A stretch of 64,000 nucleotides of DNA from Rhodosorus marinus CCMP1338 (taxonomy: Eukaryota > Plantae > Rhodophyta): assembly GCA_029953675.1 (NCBI GenBank), contig JAMWBK010000013.1:558001-622000 (forward strand). Reading direction: 5' to 3'. The notes beneath the pieces are model-generated. The model made no database searches and was not told where the DNA came from. It saw only the letters and a program-made list of their open reading frames with translations. A program made the position numbers and the translations under genes. Of the stretch, positions 25,848 to 37,465 are shown in pieces. The first letter of the stretch is position 1. Every line of letters begins with the position of its first letter.

Positions 25848-26063
25848 TTAGCCCTGATGACATCCCTTGGCAGACCTCTTTGCTGCCTGGCGTCTTTCCT
25901 CAGGAGCGACGCGATCGAAGGTTGGGGTGGCCTTACGTTCGGCGAAAAACATAATCACGTGGTTTTTTGAGCGAGTATAGTCGCTGTCCGGTACATCACG
26001 TTTCAGTAGTCGTTTTCCAGGTAGGAACTCATGCACCCGAAAAGTACGTAAATCAGGAAACAT
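25848..26063 (-). CDS. Possible small hypothetical protein (may continue by splicing toward 25650)
   Basis: ATG-initiated 71-aa ORF in ordinary-composition sequence. No recognised motif. Confidence 0.25.
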   Translation of the reverse strand: MFPDLRTFRVHEFLPGKRLLKRDVPDSDYTRSKNHVIMFFAERKATPTFDRVAPEERRQAAKRSAKGCHQG

Positions 26064-26538
26064 GACGTTGAATGATTTGATTATTCGGAGATTAGCTAAC
26101 GGTTAGAATTCTGTGTCCTATAGAATCTTTATATACACGGACAGGGATACCAATGGATCAGATTCAATCCGCAAAGCACGACCTAGCGGTCCATGCTTGG
26201 CTACACTAATAGATCTAAACTTTGCGAAAGAGACTCGACGCCCTCAGTTCTCGTCATGACAATGTTCTTGAACGCGGCCTGTGCAACCGAGTTTTTTGGT
26301 GGAACTCGAACCTCAGTAGAAGAGGCCAAAAAGCTGTGGGGCACTTGGACGCCGACATCACGGGCTCTTCATGTCCATGCGGTCAAAATCTCAAACGCCA
26401 ACCGGATGAAGTCGCAAGACTCCCGGTGCCCGCCCAGGGTGGGCCCACCGCCTTTGCCCCCATTTACGAGAGCTGTTCAGATGACATTCAATTTCTCGTT
26501 GAGGGGTAACCCGCGTACACGATGTGTTAACGTCATCT

Positions 26539-26937
26539 CTATACGCGCTTCCTCAGCTTGGTCTCTGCTCGCTGCAGTTTGGCTCTGCCCCTTGCTCTCA
26601 AGTTCCGTACCATCTCCGCAACCGTCGAAGATTTCACTTTAAAAACTCGCATTTGAAGCTTCTTTCCTCCAATAACTTTGCCCGTGCGGGACTTGCGAAG
26701 GCCAGACTCTTTTTCGTTCTTTACCTTCTCTTTGAGCGCCTTTCGCTCCAGAGTTTTGATCCGTCTGCGCTCTCGCTCTTGTTGTTCAGTCAAGATCTCG
26801 ACCCCCAGCCTTTTCCCAACACGTCCACGCGGACCGGTGCGATCCCGTGCTTCGTGGTTGGTGCTCTGCGCACTCCCACCTGACCTCTTGGTACTAAACG
26901 TCCTCTGACACAAACGAAGAAAGTTTGAGCGAAGCAT
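26539..26937 (-). CDS. Basic hypothetical protein with mitochondrial-presequence-like N-terminus
   Basis: MLRSNFLRLCQRTFSTKR resembles a mitochondrial presequence and is followed by an R/K/E-rich helical stretch. The 3' end is uncertain. Confidence 0.45.
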   Translation of the reverse strand: MLRSNFLRLCQRTFSTKRSGGSAQSTNHEARDRTGPRGRVGKRLGVEILTEQQERERRRIKTLERKALKEKVKNEKESGLRKSRTGKVIGGKKLQMRVFKVKSSTVAEMVRNLRARGRAKLQRAETKLRKRV

Positions 26938-27952
26938 CTTGTACAGGAAGAGCGTCGCAGTGTTGCTTGGCAGATGAGCTCAACGACTTTCCCGCGCCTG
27001 CCTTCAGCTGTGCGCTAACGTCGGTACGGCGGCGATGCTTTTTCGAGTCACCCCAGACTCTAGCTAGCCACGGATCATGCTTTTATTGTTGACGAGGGAG
27101 GTGGCTTTCGTTGGGGGTTCGCACGTCGGAAAGACACTCATTTACTAGTACCAAATGGGAAACGCCACAGGAGCCCCAAGAAACTAGTCCGATCATCAAT
27201 CTCCTCCGGTTTGCGCATGTGGGTTCGCTTGAGAAACTTTATCTAAGACTGTTGGGTGGATCTATTCACTAGTCCAACAAACTAAGGACGCTGCTCGCTC
27301 ATGGCGAAGGTCTCAGAAAGAGTGGACTCTCTAAAATGTACGCAAGCTGGAACATTCTGAGAAACGTGCGTGAAAGCCAGCGGCACACGCATGCAACTCC
27401 ATGGTCTTCCCCGCACCGGAGTTTTCACGTCTGGGGACGGCAAATATGTTGTCCGCGTTCCAATTCGAAAACTACCTAGATTTAAATCAGAAATGTCTTC
27501 GAGAGCAAAGTACGTAATCTCAGCTGGCCTTGAAAACAGACTCTGCGGGGTGACACGCAAAGGCCTGGTTCAGAGTGCGTCCAGGTCAAACTGCACTGGA
27601 TTTGTGCCTTACGATTCACTCTCCGTCTGGACACCCTGCTAATGATAAAGATTCCACACTATGCCCTTGGTTACCCTAATGCACTGGGAGCACTTCGCCT
27701 CCGCCAAAGCACCCTGCCCTCTTCCGACCCGAACCGCAACTGCCGGAAACATAGCAGCTCGCTTGGGGACAGAGTTTCCTCTCACTTTCTGGGATTGTCT
27801 TTGCTATATGGGACGCCAGTCCTCGGATTGGTAGGGAAAGCTTAGCTCGGGCTTGTTGCGTTTGGGATATCCAGTATTTGTGTAAATAAAGAGCGTATTA
27901 AGTGTGAAGAAACGCTCGGAAGGACTGTTCATCCGATAGGCCTTTCGAAGAC

Positions 27953-28783
27953 ATGGAACTAAGAAATCAGATTGGGAGGCTTTTGAAAAAGCAACGAGTG
28001 AGGCAGACGGTCGCTGGCTCAGTGCTGGCATTTGTGCTGGCCTGCATAGGTCTTTTAACGATTTTACCCACTCTGTTTTCGGAAACCCCTCGCGGGACGG
28101 AGAAATTGAGTACTCCAACACGAAAGTGCGTTCAGATGATGGACGATCCAACGTTGAAGTGGGATACGCCAGTGTGTATCACGAACACAGTCTGGATGGA
28201 TATAAAGGCTGATGATGAGCTGCTCGGCAGGTTTGTAAAACGCCCTGCCTCCTACGATACTTCGTCAATGGTCGTTTCCCCAAACTTAACGGGAAGCGCT
28301 CGTTCTCGCCTCGTGGTATGTAGATTGGAAGTTGGCCTATTCGGTGAGGTGGTTCCTTTGTCGGCCGAAAACTTTCTACAGTTTGTCAAGTGTCCGTTCG
28401 GCCCGAAGAGGTGTCTCAGAAAAGACGGTTTTCATCGCTTAGTGAAAAACTTCGTGATACAAGGAGGACATAGTGCGACTGGCCATTCGTTCATCAATAA
28501 TTCAACGTTTCGGGAGGAAAGGTCTGCAGATCATCACTCGTTCATATCCCACGGACGAAAGGGGCTGCTGGCTTGGGCAGAGTATCCGATTGGTAGCCAA
28601 TTCTATGTTACCCTCTGTTGCGAAGGAAAGGGCCCGCAATATCTCGACGGGAACCATGTGGTGTTCGGTACTCTTCTTGGTAGGGCAAGCTATGATACGC
28701 TGGACAAAATGAAGGACCTTGACGTGGAAAAGGAGAAACCGGTGAAAACCGTTGTAGTGGATGACGTTGGCATCCTGGCATAA
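27953..28783 (+). CDS. Cyclophilin-type peptidyl-prolyl isomerase with N-terminal transmembrane anchor
   Basis: VWMDI...LGR(intron)LEVGLFGEVVPLSAENF, FHRLVKNFVIQGG, GSQFYVT, YLDGNHVVFG. Hydrophobic SVLAFVLACIGLLTILPTLF. A 93-nt in-frame intron at 28231-28323 is included in the ORF track. Confidence 0.9.
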   Translation: MELRNQIGRLLKKQRVRQTVAGSVLAFVLACIGLLTILPTLFSETPRGTEKLSTPTRKCVQMMDDPTLKWDTPVCITNTVWMDIKADDELLGRFVKRPASYDTSSMVVSPNLTGSARSRLVVCRLEVGLFGEVVPLSAENFLQFVKCPFGPKRCLRKDGFHRLVKNFVIQGGHSATGHSFINNSTFREERSADHHSFISHGRKGLLAWAEYPIGSQFYVTLCCEGKGPQYLDGNHVVFGTLLGRASYDTLDKMKDLDVEKEKPVKTVVVDDVGILA

Positions 28784-28789
28784 GCATGG

Positions 28790-29800
28790 ACTGAATAAGT
28801 CCGGGGATGGGCTGAGTTGATAGGTCGCCGGGTCAGAGTGCGCTTACCCGCGCTCAGCATTTGCGGAGGTCGAAGTAGTTCCGCGGGGACTCTTCTGGGG
28901 TCCTCTTGCCTAGGTTCGAGTGCTGGAGTTGAGCAGTACGGGAGGGGCAGGATATTGCGGGAGATATGATCTGAGTGAGGTTGAACCATTTCAACTGCAT
29001 AGATTGCTGTAGGCACCGATGGCCAGTCTCGCATAGGACGAGAAGCGTTGATTATTGTACACAATCCTATTCGAACTGGTCACCGCGCATTCTTATCACA
29101 GCTTGTAGGGACAGCACAAGAGTTCCCACATCGAGGCCCTAGCCGATGTTTTCCTCCAATACTGGTCTAGGAGCTAGCGCGATTACACGTGCCTGCCACG
29201 CAATCACTAGTCTGTAGCTAATACGATGGACTTGGCAGTATCCGCGATCAGGCTATGCGGCGGTACAGAGACCCTCTAAATATGTCGAGAAAAATTGTAT
29301 TATATCTCAGCGGTGTCAAAATGCTACAGAGCATCAAGGACAACACTCTCTGTCTCCACCAACCTTGGTATGCCCAACGAGCGGTGTGCCCGTTTGGCCA
29401 TCTGCCCTTTCAACTGGGAATAGTCTGAGCTGCTTGAACTTTGCTACTTCCACCAGACACAAGGACTTTTTCATGCTCGAAAAGCTCCCAAGCGTTGAGG
29501 AATTGGAGACCCTGACCCCTCAACAAGTAGCTTCCCATTTTGGAAACGGCTTGCTGAGGATAGAGTATCGGTATCGATAGCTCATCCAAATGTCAGGTAG
29601 GAAAATATGCACCAAGAAGGCGGCGGGCTGAGCACGCAGCTATTCACCTTCCATCGCCTACGTGGATAGTTGGGAAGGCATCTATAAGTAATCTCCGTCC
29701 CCAGCCATAGCCGTCCCTGAAGTATTTCCCCCCGACAAATAAACCGCAAGGCTTACCATGGCTCCCTTCTAAGCCCTTTGCTCTCCAATTTCTAGCAAGA
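28790..29800 (-). CDS. Possible hypothetical multi-exon gene
   Basis: Several GTAAG/GTAGG donors and CAG/TAG acceptors bound short protein-like segments (GRRLLIDAFPTIH, GLQFLNAWELFEHE, RVSVPPHSLIADTAKS). No family recognised. Confidence 0.3.
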
Positions 29801-32359
29801 CCCTAATCAATGAGTGTACAAGTACAAGACTGGTAAAGGGGATATCGAGTGAGCATCCTTCCAAAAGGTGCCATTGTACGTACTATCTCTCGAATTTGAC
29901 AACCTCTGTAAGGTCGGGCAGCGACTAGGAACCTCAGGAGCATATGCACAAGATCCTTTCACTAGATATCTAAAAAAAAAAAGGAAGATCCCAATTTTAA
30001 TTTTTTTTCTCGGTAAGCAACCTCGAGTGATTCCCGCCCGCCCGTGGTTGGCGATCGCTCACATAAAAGTCCGCAGTCCCCAACCTCTTCGATTGGTCGA
30101 AAACAATGCCAAAACAAAGCCAATCCTGAGCCAATTAAAAGAACCCTACAATCTGTCATGTTGTGAAATTCACCGATTCATCCAATCGTATTTGGATTTC
30201 AGACTTCGATAAAAAAAAAAGCTCCAGCATTTACTAAAATTCATCGTTCGTAGTGGAAAAAAAGAAAAAATAGTGGGGCGCCCCCCAATGGCGAAACGCA
30301 CTGATCCAGAAAGAAAAGGTCCCCCCCCCAACCTAGAATGGAAAAAAATACACTACTGTGGCCACTTTGTTTTGCTCCTCCCGTAGAGGGAGGAAACTAA
30401 CAGGAATTGCGAACAAATCAGAGGATCAACAAGCCTCAAACAACGGCTCGTCTTCCGCCATGGCTACCTTGTACCCATGGATTTCGGTGACGTTCTAAAG
30501 AGAATTATAAGTTATGCACGTATGAAATCAATGATCCACCTTAATTTGTGGTAGATTTATATCCCCCCCCCCCGCTCCCCCCCTTCGTTTCCCAATAAGC
30601 AAATACGCCCAAAGGCGCGCCACACTCAGCAGTTTCAAATAAGACAAAGCTTTATGCGGAGTTCTTCTGCAAAACGCTCGATTCGCTTTTTCACCTTTTG
30701 TGATCGGCTAATAGAAAATTTGTAGATATTTTGATATATATATGTTAAAATGAGGATGTGAATCAACATCTGCCAACTGCAAAGCGTGTCTATTGTAAGC
30801 ACACCCGAACGAACAAAAAAAAAAGGCGGCAATCCGACAAAAGTCTCCCGCAATCCGCCAATAAACCATCTTTTTTAACAAAACACTTTTTAGAACCGGC
30901 CGGGGAGGGGGGGGGGAGGGAAGGAAATGGACTGCTGCGTTTCAATTTTTGTTTCACAGTAGCAACAATGTAGACGACGTTCTATATGATATCCAATTGT
31001 TCCATTGAAACGAAAAAAAAAAGTTCTAAACTTGATTGATTCTGGTTCTGTTCTGCAAAAAGCAGGGATTGTCCATGGGAGTCTTCTTATCCTTTTTTTG
31101 ATGATGTCATCAAGGGCAAGCAAGTTCTACATGGCGTCAGCCAATTATATCATGTGAATCATCAACTATGTGCCGATTCTGGTAAAATTCAAAGCAAATA
31201 AGGTAAATTGCAGACGGACTGGACTCAGTCGGTGCCTTCAAGTTGTGCAGGTACATATAGGCTTGGCTTTACGTACACATCAGAATGCCAAGCTTTTGCG
31301 TTGATTATCGCCCGTTTTGTGGAGTTTTGTGATCATCTTCAAGGATAGAGTTCTGGACAATTGGCTTTCAGACGGCCCAGATAGATTGTACAGAAAACAA
31401 AATTCCTTCTCCGGGTTTTCCCAAGCTCGATTCACTACCTGAAGAATTTCAGGTCTCCCCCCTCCCCGCTCCAACACGTCGTCAGGGGAATAGTTACCGC
31501 TGGTCAGCTTCCCCGAGCGGACTGGCTCCAAAGCGGCGGGTTTCAAAGTGCCCTCATCCGCAGGCCTCCCGGTAGTAAGCTAACTAGAACCTCGAATCCC
31601 GTGGCGAGCTAGTGTGGTCAGCCAGTTAGCTTGACGCGCTTTGCCGCTAGGCCACTAGCACTGTTGCTGTTCACCCGCTGAACTGGTTTGTTGCGCGCGG
31701 ATGGAAGAAAGTCTCGCTGAAACCGGCCACTCCCCATGACTTCCGCTGACCGTCGCTGGCGCTTCAGCGTATGGACCAACGGTAGACAGGTCAGACAAGC
31801 GGTGCCAACTATCATTCTTTAGCATCGTTCAGCGCGTCTGGGTAACAATAACCGGAAAGGGCCCCCGAAACAGAAACTACAATCGGATCATCTTTGTACC
31901 GTCAGCAAGATGCTTCGAACGGTACGCATCTCTCCTTCCTCCCTGCCCGCCCCCCCCGGAAAAAAAAATTGAACTAAAATCCACTCTAACTGCTTCTCAG
32001 CGGGAGTTGGCTCCTATTTTCTTGTATATATAGCCATAACAATAGAAGCCCATTACCCCCTCCCTTCCCCCTCCCCCCCCCCCCCCCCCGGGGCCTCAAC
32101 TACACCAAGAAAGTCGATCCTCGATCAAAAGTCGTAAACACTTTTATTTTCCAGCGTCTGTCCAATATTCAACCGAGAATTAATTGTCATATGTAATATT
32201 TATCTATTTCTAACGAATATTTTTGCTGTGGAGACGGAATACGGCCGTGTTTTCATCAAATTCATACCGGTGATGTATGATGAATTAGACGGCTGTTTCC
32301 TCACTGTAGTGCAACATCAGAACTAGAGCGTTTACCGCCCTATTAATATGGGGTAGTGG

Positions 32360-33750
32360 TTTTTTTTTAATAGGCAAATGCGAGAAGATCGCGTGATTCG
32401 TGGAAGATCGTAGAAAATGTCAAGCAGACAACAAAAGCGAAAAACACAATTACAATTATTTCCCAAAAAACGTAGTTGGTTATCAAATTTATCCCAAAAA
32501 TCAACGAATCAATTGTAAGTAACTCAAAAATTAACCACAAAAAAAACACCAAGCGGCATTATGAGAGGAAGCAAAAAAAAAGGTGGCCTGTAGATGCTAG
32601 GTGGACAAACAACGTTTATCGAGAGTTCTTCCTCCCCCGCCCGGAATTCCGCGTTTCTTAGAAATTTCATTAGCCAATCACTATAGACGACAGGTGTCCA
32701 TCTTCAAAAATAAATACAAATTAGAATATGAAGAACTTTGGAATTATGTATATTTAAATTTTTTTCAACTACGGAACGCAAAAACCAAAAAAGGCTTTCC
32801 TCCCCTCCTCCTCTCCCCCTCCTCCTCCCCCTACCCCGCGGTGCGGGGCAGGAAGGGGGTGGAGATTCCAACCGTCCGCGGGAAGAGGGGGGGTGGGGGA
32901 CGGGGAGGGAGGGAAATTGCCCATGAGGATAACAAACTATTCATAGAACCGGGGCTAGAATGTTAAAGATTTATACTATTTTCGGAAGTTTTATTCTCTT
33001 CTTCGATGGCTTTTGGCTGTTTCGTGTCGTCTGAATTTTTTTTGAAAGGGACAAATTGTTAAATTGTTTTGTACATTAATTGGTGATTTTGTTCTCATAG
33101 TTCTCGTTGTGTATTGTTTGCTACGTTTGTTGTTGCTATATAGAAAAGTTTGTTTTCTATGTGTTTTTTGGGGGGGTGGCGAATTGGGACGTTTTTCGGT
33201 GTGTATGTGTGTGTGTGTTTTTAATGTGTTTTTTGGGGGGGTGCGGGTGTGTATTCTTTGTTTCCCAGTGTCGCTCTTGTATCGTATCGAGCGTGGAAAG
33301 GCGATAGTATATGTTGCAGTTAAAGAATTGTTTGGAAGGTCGCGAGGGAGGGTTACTGTCTCTCCCCGCCGAGTCAAGTTTAGTTAGCCATGTACGAGAG
33401 CACGGGCTAGTCTGGTGAGAGTACCCGTATGGGATTGTGTGATGTGCTGAGGGTGGTGGCTTTCTGAGACTGGCAAAGTGGGGTGTTTGATAAAGAAGAG
33501 CGTATTGGATTGATAGTGCATCGCCCTTAGTGTGGATTGGCGCGAGCGTTGTGCGGTTGCTTAGGCTTGTTGTCTTGGTTTCTGGGAGGGAAACGCGGGG
33601 ACAACCGCGTGCATTTGCTTTGCTGGGGTTGGAGGTGTGGTGCTTGTGGAGGGGTTGGGGCTGCATGTGGGGATACCAAATTTGAGGTTCTCTTTATGTA
33701 GGATCGGGAAGATGAATGTCGTGTAACGAGATACCGTTGCCGGCATTGAG
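32360..33750. other. Low-complexity skew-switch island upstream of the C2H2 gene
   Basis: A/C-rich to about 32835, then G/T-rich including (GT)n near 33205 and G runs. Confidence 0.75.
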
Positions 33751-33753
33751 TAG

Positions 33754-34326
33754 ATGGGAGGTCCAATCGAGCTGCTGAAGATGGACATCTCATCAATAGT
33801 AACATACAAGACTGAGGCAGAGAATGAGAAGAAGAATCAAGTAGGGGGAAGACCTAAGGAGGGCCGAACTAGGAGTGGTCGAGAAAAGGGCAGGTTGCAA
33901 GTCCGCAACCCCAATGCCCAGCTACCAGTAACCAAATCGCGTTCGGGAACCCAAAAACCTCCTTCGTCATCCAAACACAGTCCTCCGTCGTCCTCCGTCG
34001 GGACGCCCTCAGCTGTCGCGGCACCTTCTCCCCCGGGTACGCATGACGAGAATCGACCCTTCTTTTGCGAGCGGTGCTTGTCAGCGTTCTCGTCCAAGTC
34101 CAACCTGCAGGTACATAATCGAACTGTGCACGAAAGGTTAAAACCCTACGCATGTAGGCAATGTGACAACGTATTCGGCACGAAAAGCAACAGAAATCGT
34201 CACGAGAAGATGGTCCATCGAAACGAGAGAGTATTCGAATGTCCAAACTGTGGAAAGGCTTTCGGGACGAGAAGCTGCGTGAGACGACATAGATTGAAAA
34301 TTCACGGAAAGTATGAGGACTCATGA
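33754..34326 (+). CDS. C2H2 zinc-finger protein (3 C-terminal fingers)
   Basis: CERC...HNRTVH, CRQC...HEKMVH, CPNC...HRLKIH with KPY/RVF linkers, preceded by an S/P-rich disordered region. An upstream exon is possible. Confidence 0.9.
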   Translation: MGGPIELLKMDISSIVTYKTEAENEKKNQVGGRPKEGRTRSGREKGRLQVRNPNAQLPVTKSRSGTQKPPSSSKHSPPSSSVGTPSAVAAPSPPGTHDENRPFFCERCLSAFSSKSNLQVHNRTVHERLKPYACRQCDNVFGTKSNRNRHEKMVHRNERVFECPNCGKAFGTRSCVRRHRLKIHGKYEDS

Positions 34327-35079
34327 CGCAGGGCTATCAGGGAGATGAATAGAAGGATCTCTGGGTGTGTAGTATGACCGTCAGTTGCCGAAATTTGACG
34401 TAGGTGGGGCGGTGGACTGTCAAGCGGCGGAGTGGGTGGATCAATCAACGCTCCGGTTGACCTTACACCGCCCTTGGCTCTCCATTTTTGGAGGACGAAC
34501 ATTGGGAAGTCGTTCAATCCGCGGACTTTCTTCGCGTACGGATTGGACTGACCTGTATAATTTGAGAAAAGGGTATCCCAACCGCTCGTCGAGCGCGAGC
34601 GACGCGACGCGACTCGGAGGAGGCGGCGTGTCTATTCTAGACCGCGGAATAACAGATCCGGTAATGTTCCTCTGCTGGCCTATTATTGCAAAAGGGGATG
34701 GGCCTCAGCCCGAAACCGCGTACTCTTCGCCGGCTTGATGCGGGCTTTGTACAAGACAGAACAGTCGCCCAGGCTTGGTTTGATGCGACATTAAATTATA
34801 TGTGCAGGCTACTTTATAGCTCAAAAAAAGACCAGTGCTCCACCCATCCTCTTCAACAGATATCTTCGCACGCCTTGACAAGCATGCGTGCGCACGACAA
34901 AAGATGTGGAACTCCGCACGGACCATAGTACAATGGCGAGGTCCAAAGGGGCCCGTTCAGCAAGTAGCAAGAAAGCGCTCGGCTTCAGCAGGAGCGGCAG
35001 AGTGTTCCCAAGGACCCCGTACGTGGCGTCTTAGCACCCTATCTGCTCGAAGACATAGCTGCTGTCGAAGGAGTAGGCC

Positions 35080-37465
35080 CTAACCATCCTTGACAGTAAA
35101 GTGACAGAATAGCTGCACGTATGGGGGAAGGGCGTGGCCGTTGACAACGTCGAACAGCGGACAAGCGCGATATCCCTGCCGTAGAATCCTGACTGGGATG
35201 ACCGCGTAGATACGGGTCTTCCTCTTCGTCAACTTTGATTGATGCTTGACCGTTATGACAATGCAGGACAGCTTGGGATTTGAATTCGTGCGGATAGAAA
35301 CACATAGAATACAAAACACCGAGTGGGAAGAAGAGTTTAGCTTGGGTGCTCAACAAAAAAAGGAAAACTTGATGTGCGGGATACCCACCTCTTTGCAGTG
35401 AATGTCGAACGGGAAAGCCGGTTCATCCTCGTCGAGAGCATGCGGAAAAGCGACGCTCAATCCAGTGTCCGAAATTCTCTGGATCTTATATTTCCTAAGG
35501 GCAGAGCCACAGTGAACGGTTGTCCCTGTGAGTAACTGAAACGACCAACAAGCGTTTCATCGAACAAGGGTGGCTAATTCTTACGAGACTCCCCTGCAGC
35601 ACGTAGCCCTTACTGACACATAAACATCAGAATCGGAATAGTTGATGTTCTGCCCGTACAAGACCTTGACCTCAACCATTGTCTGCGTGTCCAGTGCCGC
35701 CATGCTCAACAAGCGTGGGATCTTGAGTATATATCCGCTGCCAGCGTTCAGTTCAAAGAACGTCTTGTTAATGATGTAGTACTTGTCCTTTGTCTGGTAG
35801 TTGAGCGCGACCAACTGGCAACCACACTACGCGAATTTCAAAGTAAAAAAAAAGCGACTAGTGCGATGAGAAACTGTTCACCCCAAACCCACCAAACCCG
35901 GACGAGCACAAGAGGAGCTGAGAACCTACCAGCCACGCCTTGGAAGGATCAAAGTTTGACGACCCAATTCTCAAGCCGGCAGGATACACCCTAGTCAAAT
36001 GGATCTTGTTGAAGCGGACAAGCTCCGAGCTTTCATTTTCTTCCACGAACTGCTCCAATCTCGACTCATCGTGCGAAAAACATGTCAAGGGCCGCGTGGC
36101 CATTGCCTCCTCCCATGAGCCCTTGTATTTTCCCCCTTCAATGAAAATAAGCTCCTTTAGCTGGTCCGGTGTCTCCGGCTTTATCTTCATCTTGATCAAG
36201 ATTTTTTCTCTGAGCTGCTCCGGGGTTACAGCCTCGAGCGCGGGGAAGTCGCTGGGCTTTGCGAGCATCTTGTAGAACTCCTTCGAGTCCTTCATGATTT
36301 CCACCATCCTCTGCCGGCTCTTCGCTGTCATATGGTCTTCGAATGACAGGACCAATGGGTATGGTGATTTCCCGAAAAGAAGCTTCCGCGATCCATACGC
36401 CTTAACTACGTCCGCAAAGTGCATTTCACCTGTCAGCGTTCTACCGTGTGTAACTGTTGGTTCGCCATCGTCGTCTTCCCACAAGTCAATTTCAACGCAG
36501 CGGGCACCCGCCTTGACAGCGTTCACATAGGAATCTGCACTCACCGAGCCCGTCAGCTGATTCCCCTCGAGATAGGTATTGTGGCTGCTCGCAATGAAGT
36601 AATCGCACAGGGGCCTCGACATGTCCATGGGCTCGCTATTCATTTCTGCTGCTGCACCAAAGTTCTTCCCCGACTGCAAGAATTCCAGGAATCCATCGAC
36701 ATCTATGGTCTTACCCTCTCCATACATCTTGATAATTTCAGTGCTCTGGTGCTTGGCCTCGCTCTCTGTCATTTTCTGTTCATTGATAAGGAACGATTCG
36801 AGTTCCGCCTTTTTCATCACCTGCGGGTGCCTTAGCTTGGCGTATTCCAGAAACAGCTTCAAGAGAACGGTCTTGCGCTTGGCTATCTCCTTGTAGATGC
36901 TCATGAACTCATCCTCATCTATGCGTTGGTTCTCATCCTTGTCTGCCTTCTTGAATATCTCCACGATGTTGGATCTTTCGACGTTGTGGTTCATCTTCTT
37001 CATCAGCTCTGAAACTTCCTGCAGGCTCAGAGTACCAGTTCTGTCCTTGTCTGCTTCTCTGAACAGCTGCTGAGCAATCGCAAAACGAGATCCCAGCGTT
37101 ACCCCATCATGGGCGCTGCCGATCATAGCCCTAAGCGACCGGTAGATCTGATCCACATCAGCGTCAGCCTTGAACCTCATGTTAATGTCGCGCTGACGCC
37201 CATGGACAATAATCGTCCTCTCGGAAAGGTTTGCCGTATATATATCGGCAAAGTGCAGCTCCATCGGGTGGACGTTGTGGGCTACTGGCCTCCTCAACAC
37301 CAACAGCTGCTTGGCAGTATCAATAGCCATCAAACGCTTACGTCGTATGCAGAAGCTGCCTTGCACAGAAACATCGAACGTTTTCCCATCGAAGTAAGAC
37401 CCAGTTGGCTTTGACTCTGCACGCTCCAACTCGGCAGAGGTTGCCCCCCCAACACTCGTATCCAT
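35080..37465 (-). CDS. PLC: Phosphoinositide-specific phospholipase C, delta-like (PH, EF-hands, X, Y, C2)
   Basis: EF loops DKDRTGTLSLQE and DKDENQRIDEDE; X box SSHNTYL, RCVEIDLW, HGRTLT, LSFEDH; Y box TRVYPAG.RI.SSNFDP..AW..GSQ(intron)LVALNYQT; C2 end LRQGYRACPL. Confidence 0.93.

Noticed and set aside
13915-28323. Several stop-free introns of 3n length (about 108 nt in the WD40 gene, about 90 nt in AQR, 93 nt in the cyclophilin)
   Set aside because: Roughly a third of introns are 3n and about a quarter of 30-codon stretches lack a stop, so a handful among dozens of introns is expected.
32360-33300. Island halves as a fold-back (inverted duplicate) read artefact
   Set aside because: Positions symmetric about the flip are not reverse complements beyond the central few bases.
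33837-37414. Long antisense ORFs in the track overlapping C2H2 and PLC (also seen over the WD40s, AQR, the kinases and KNL2)
   Set aside because: They are shadow frames of real genes in roughly 50 percent GC coding DNA.
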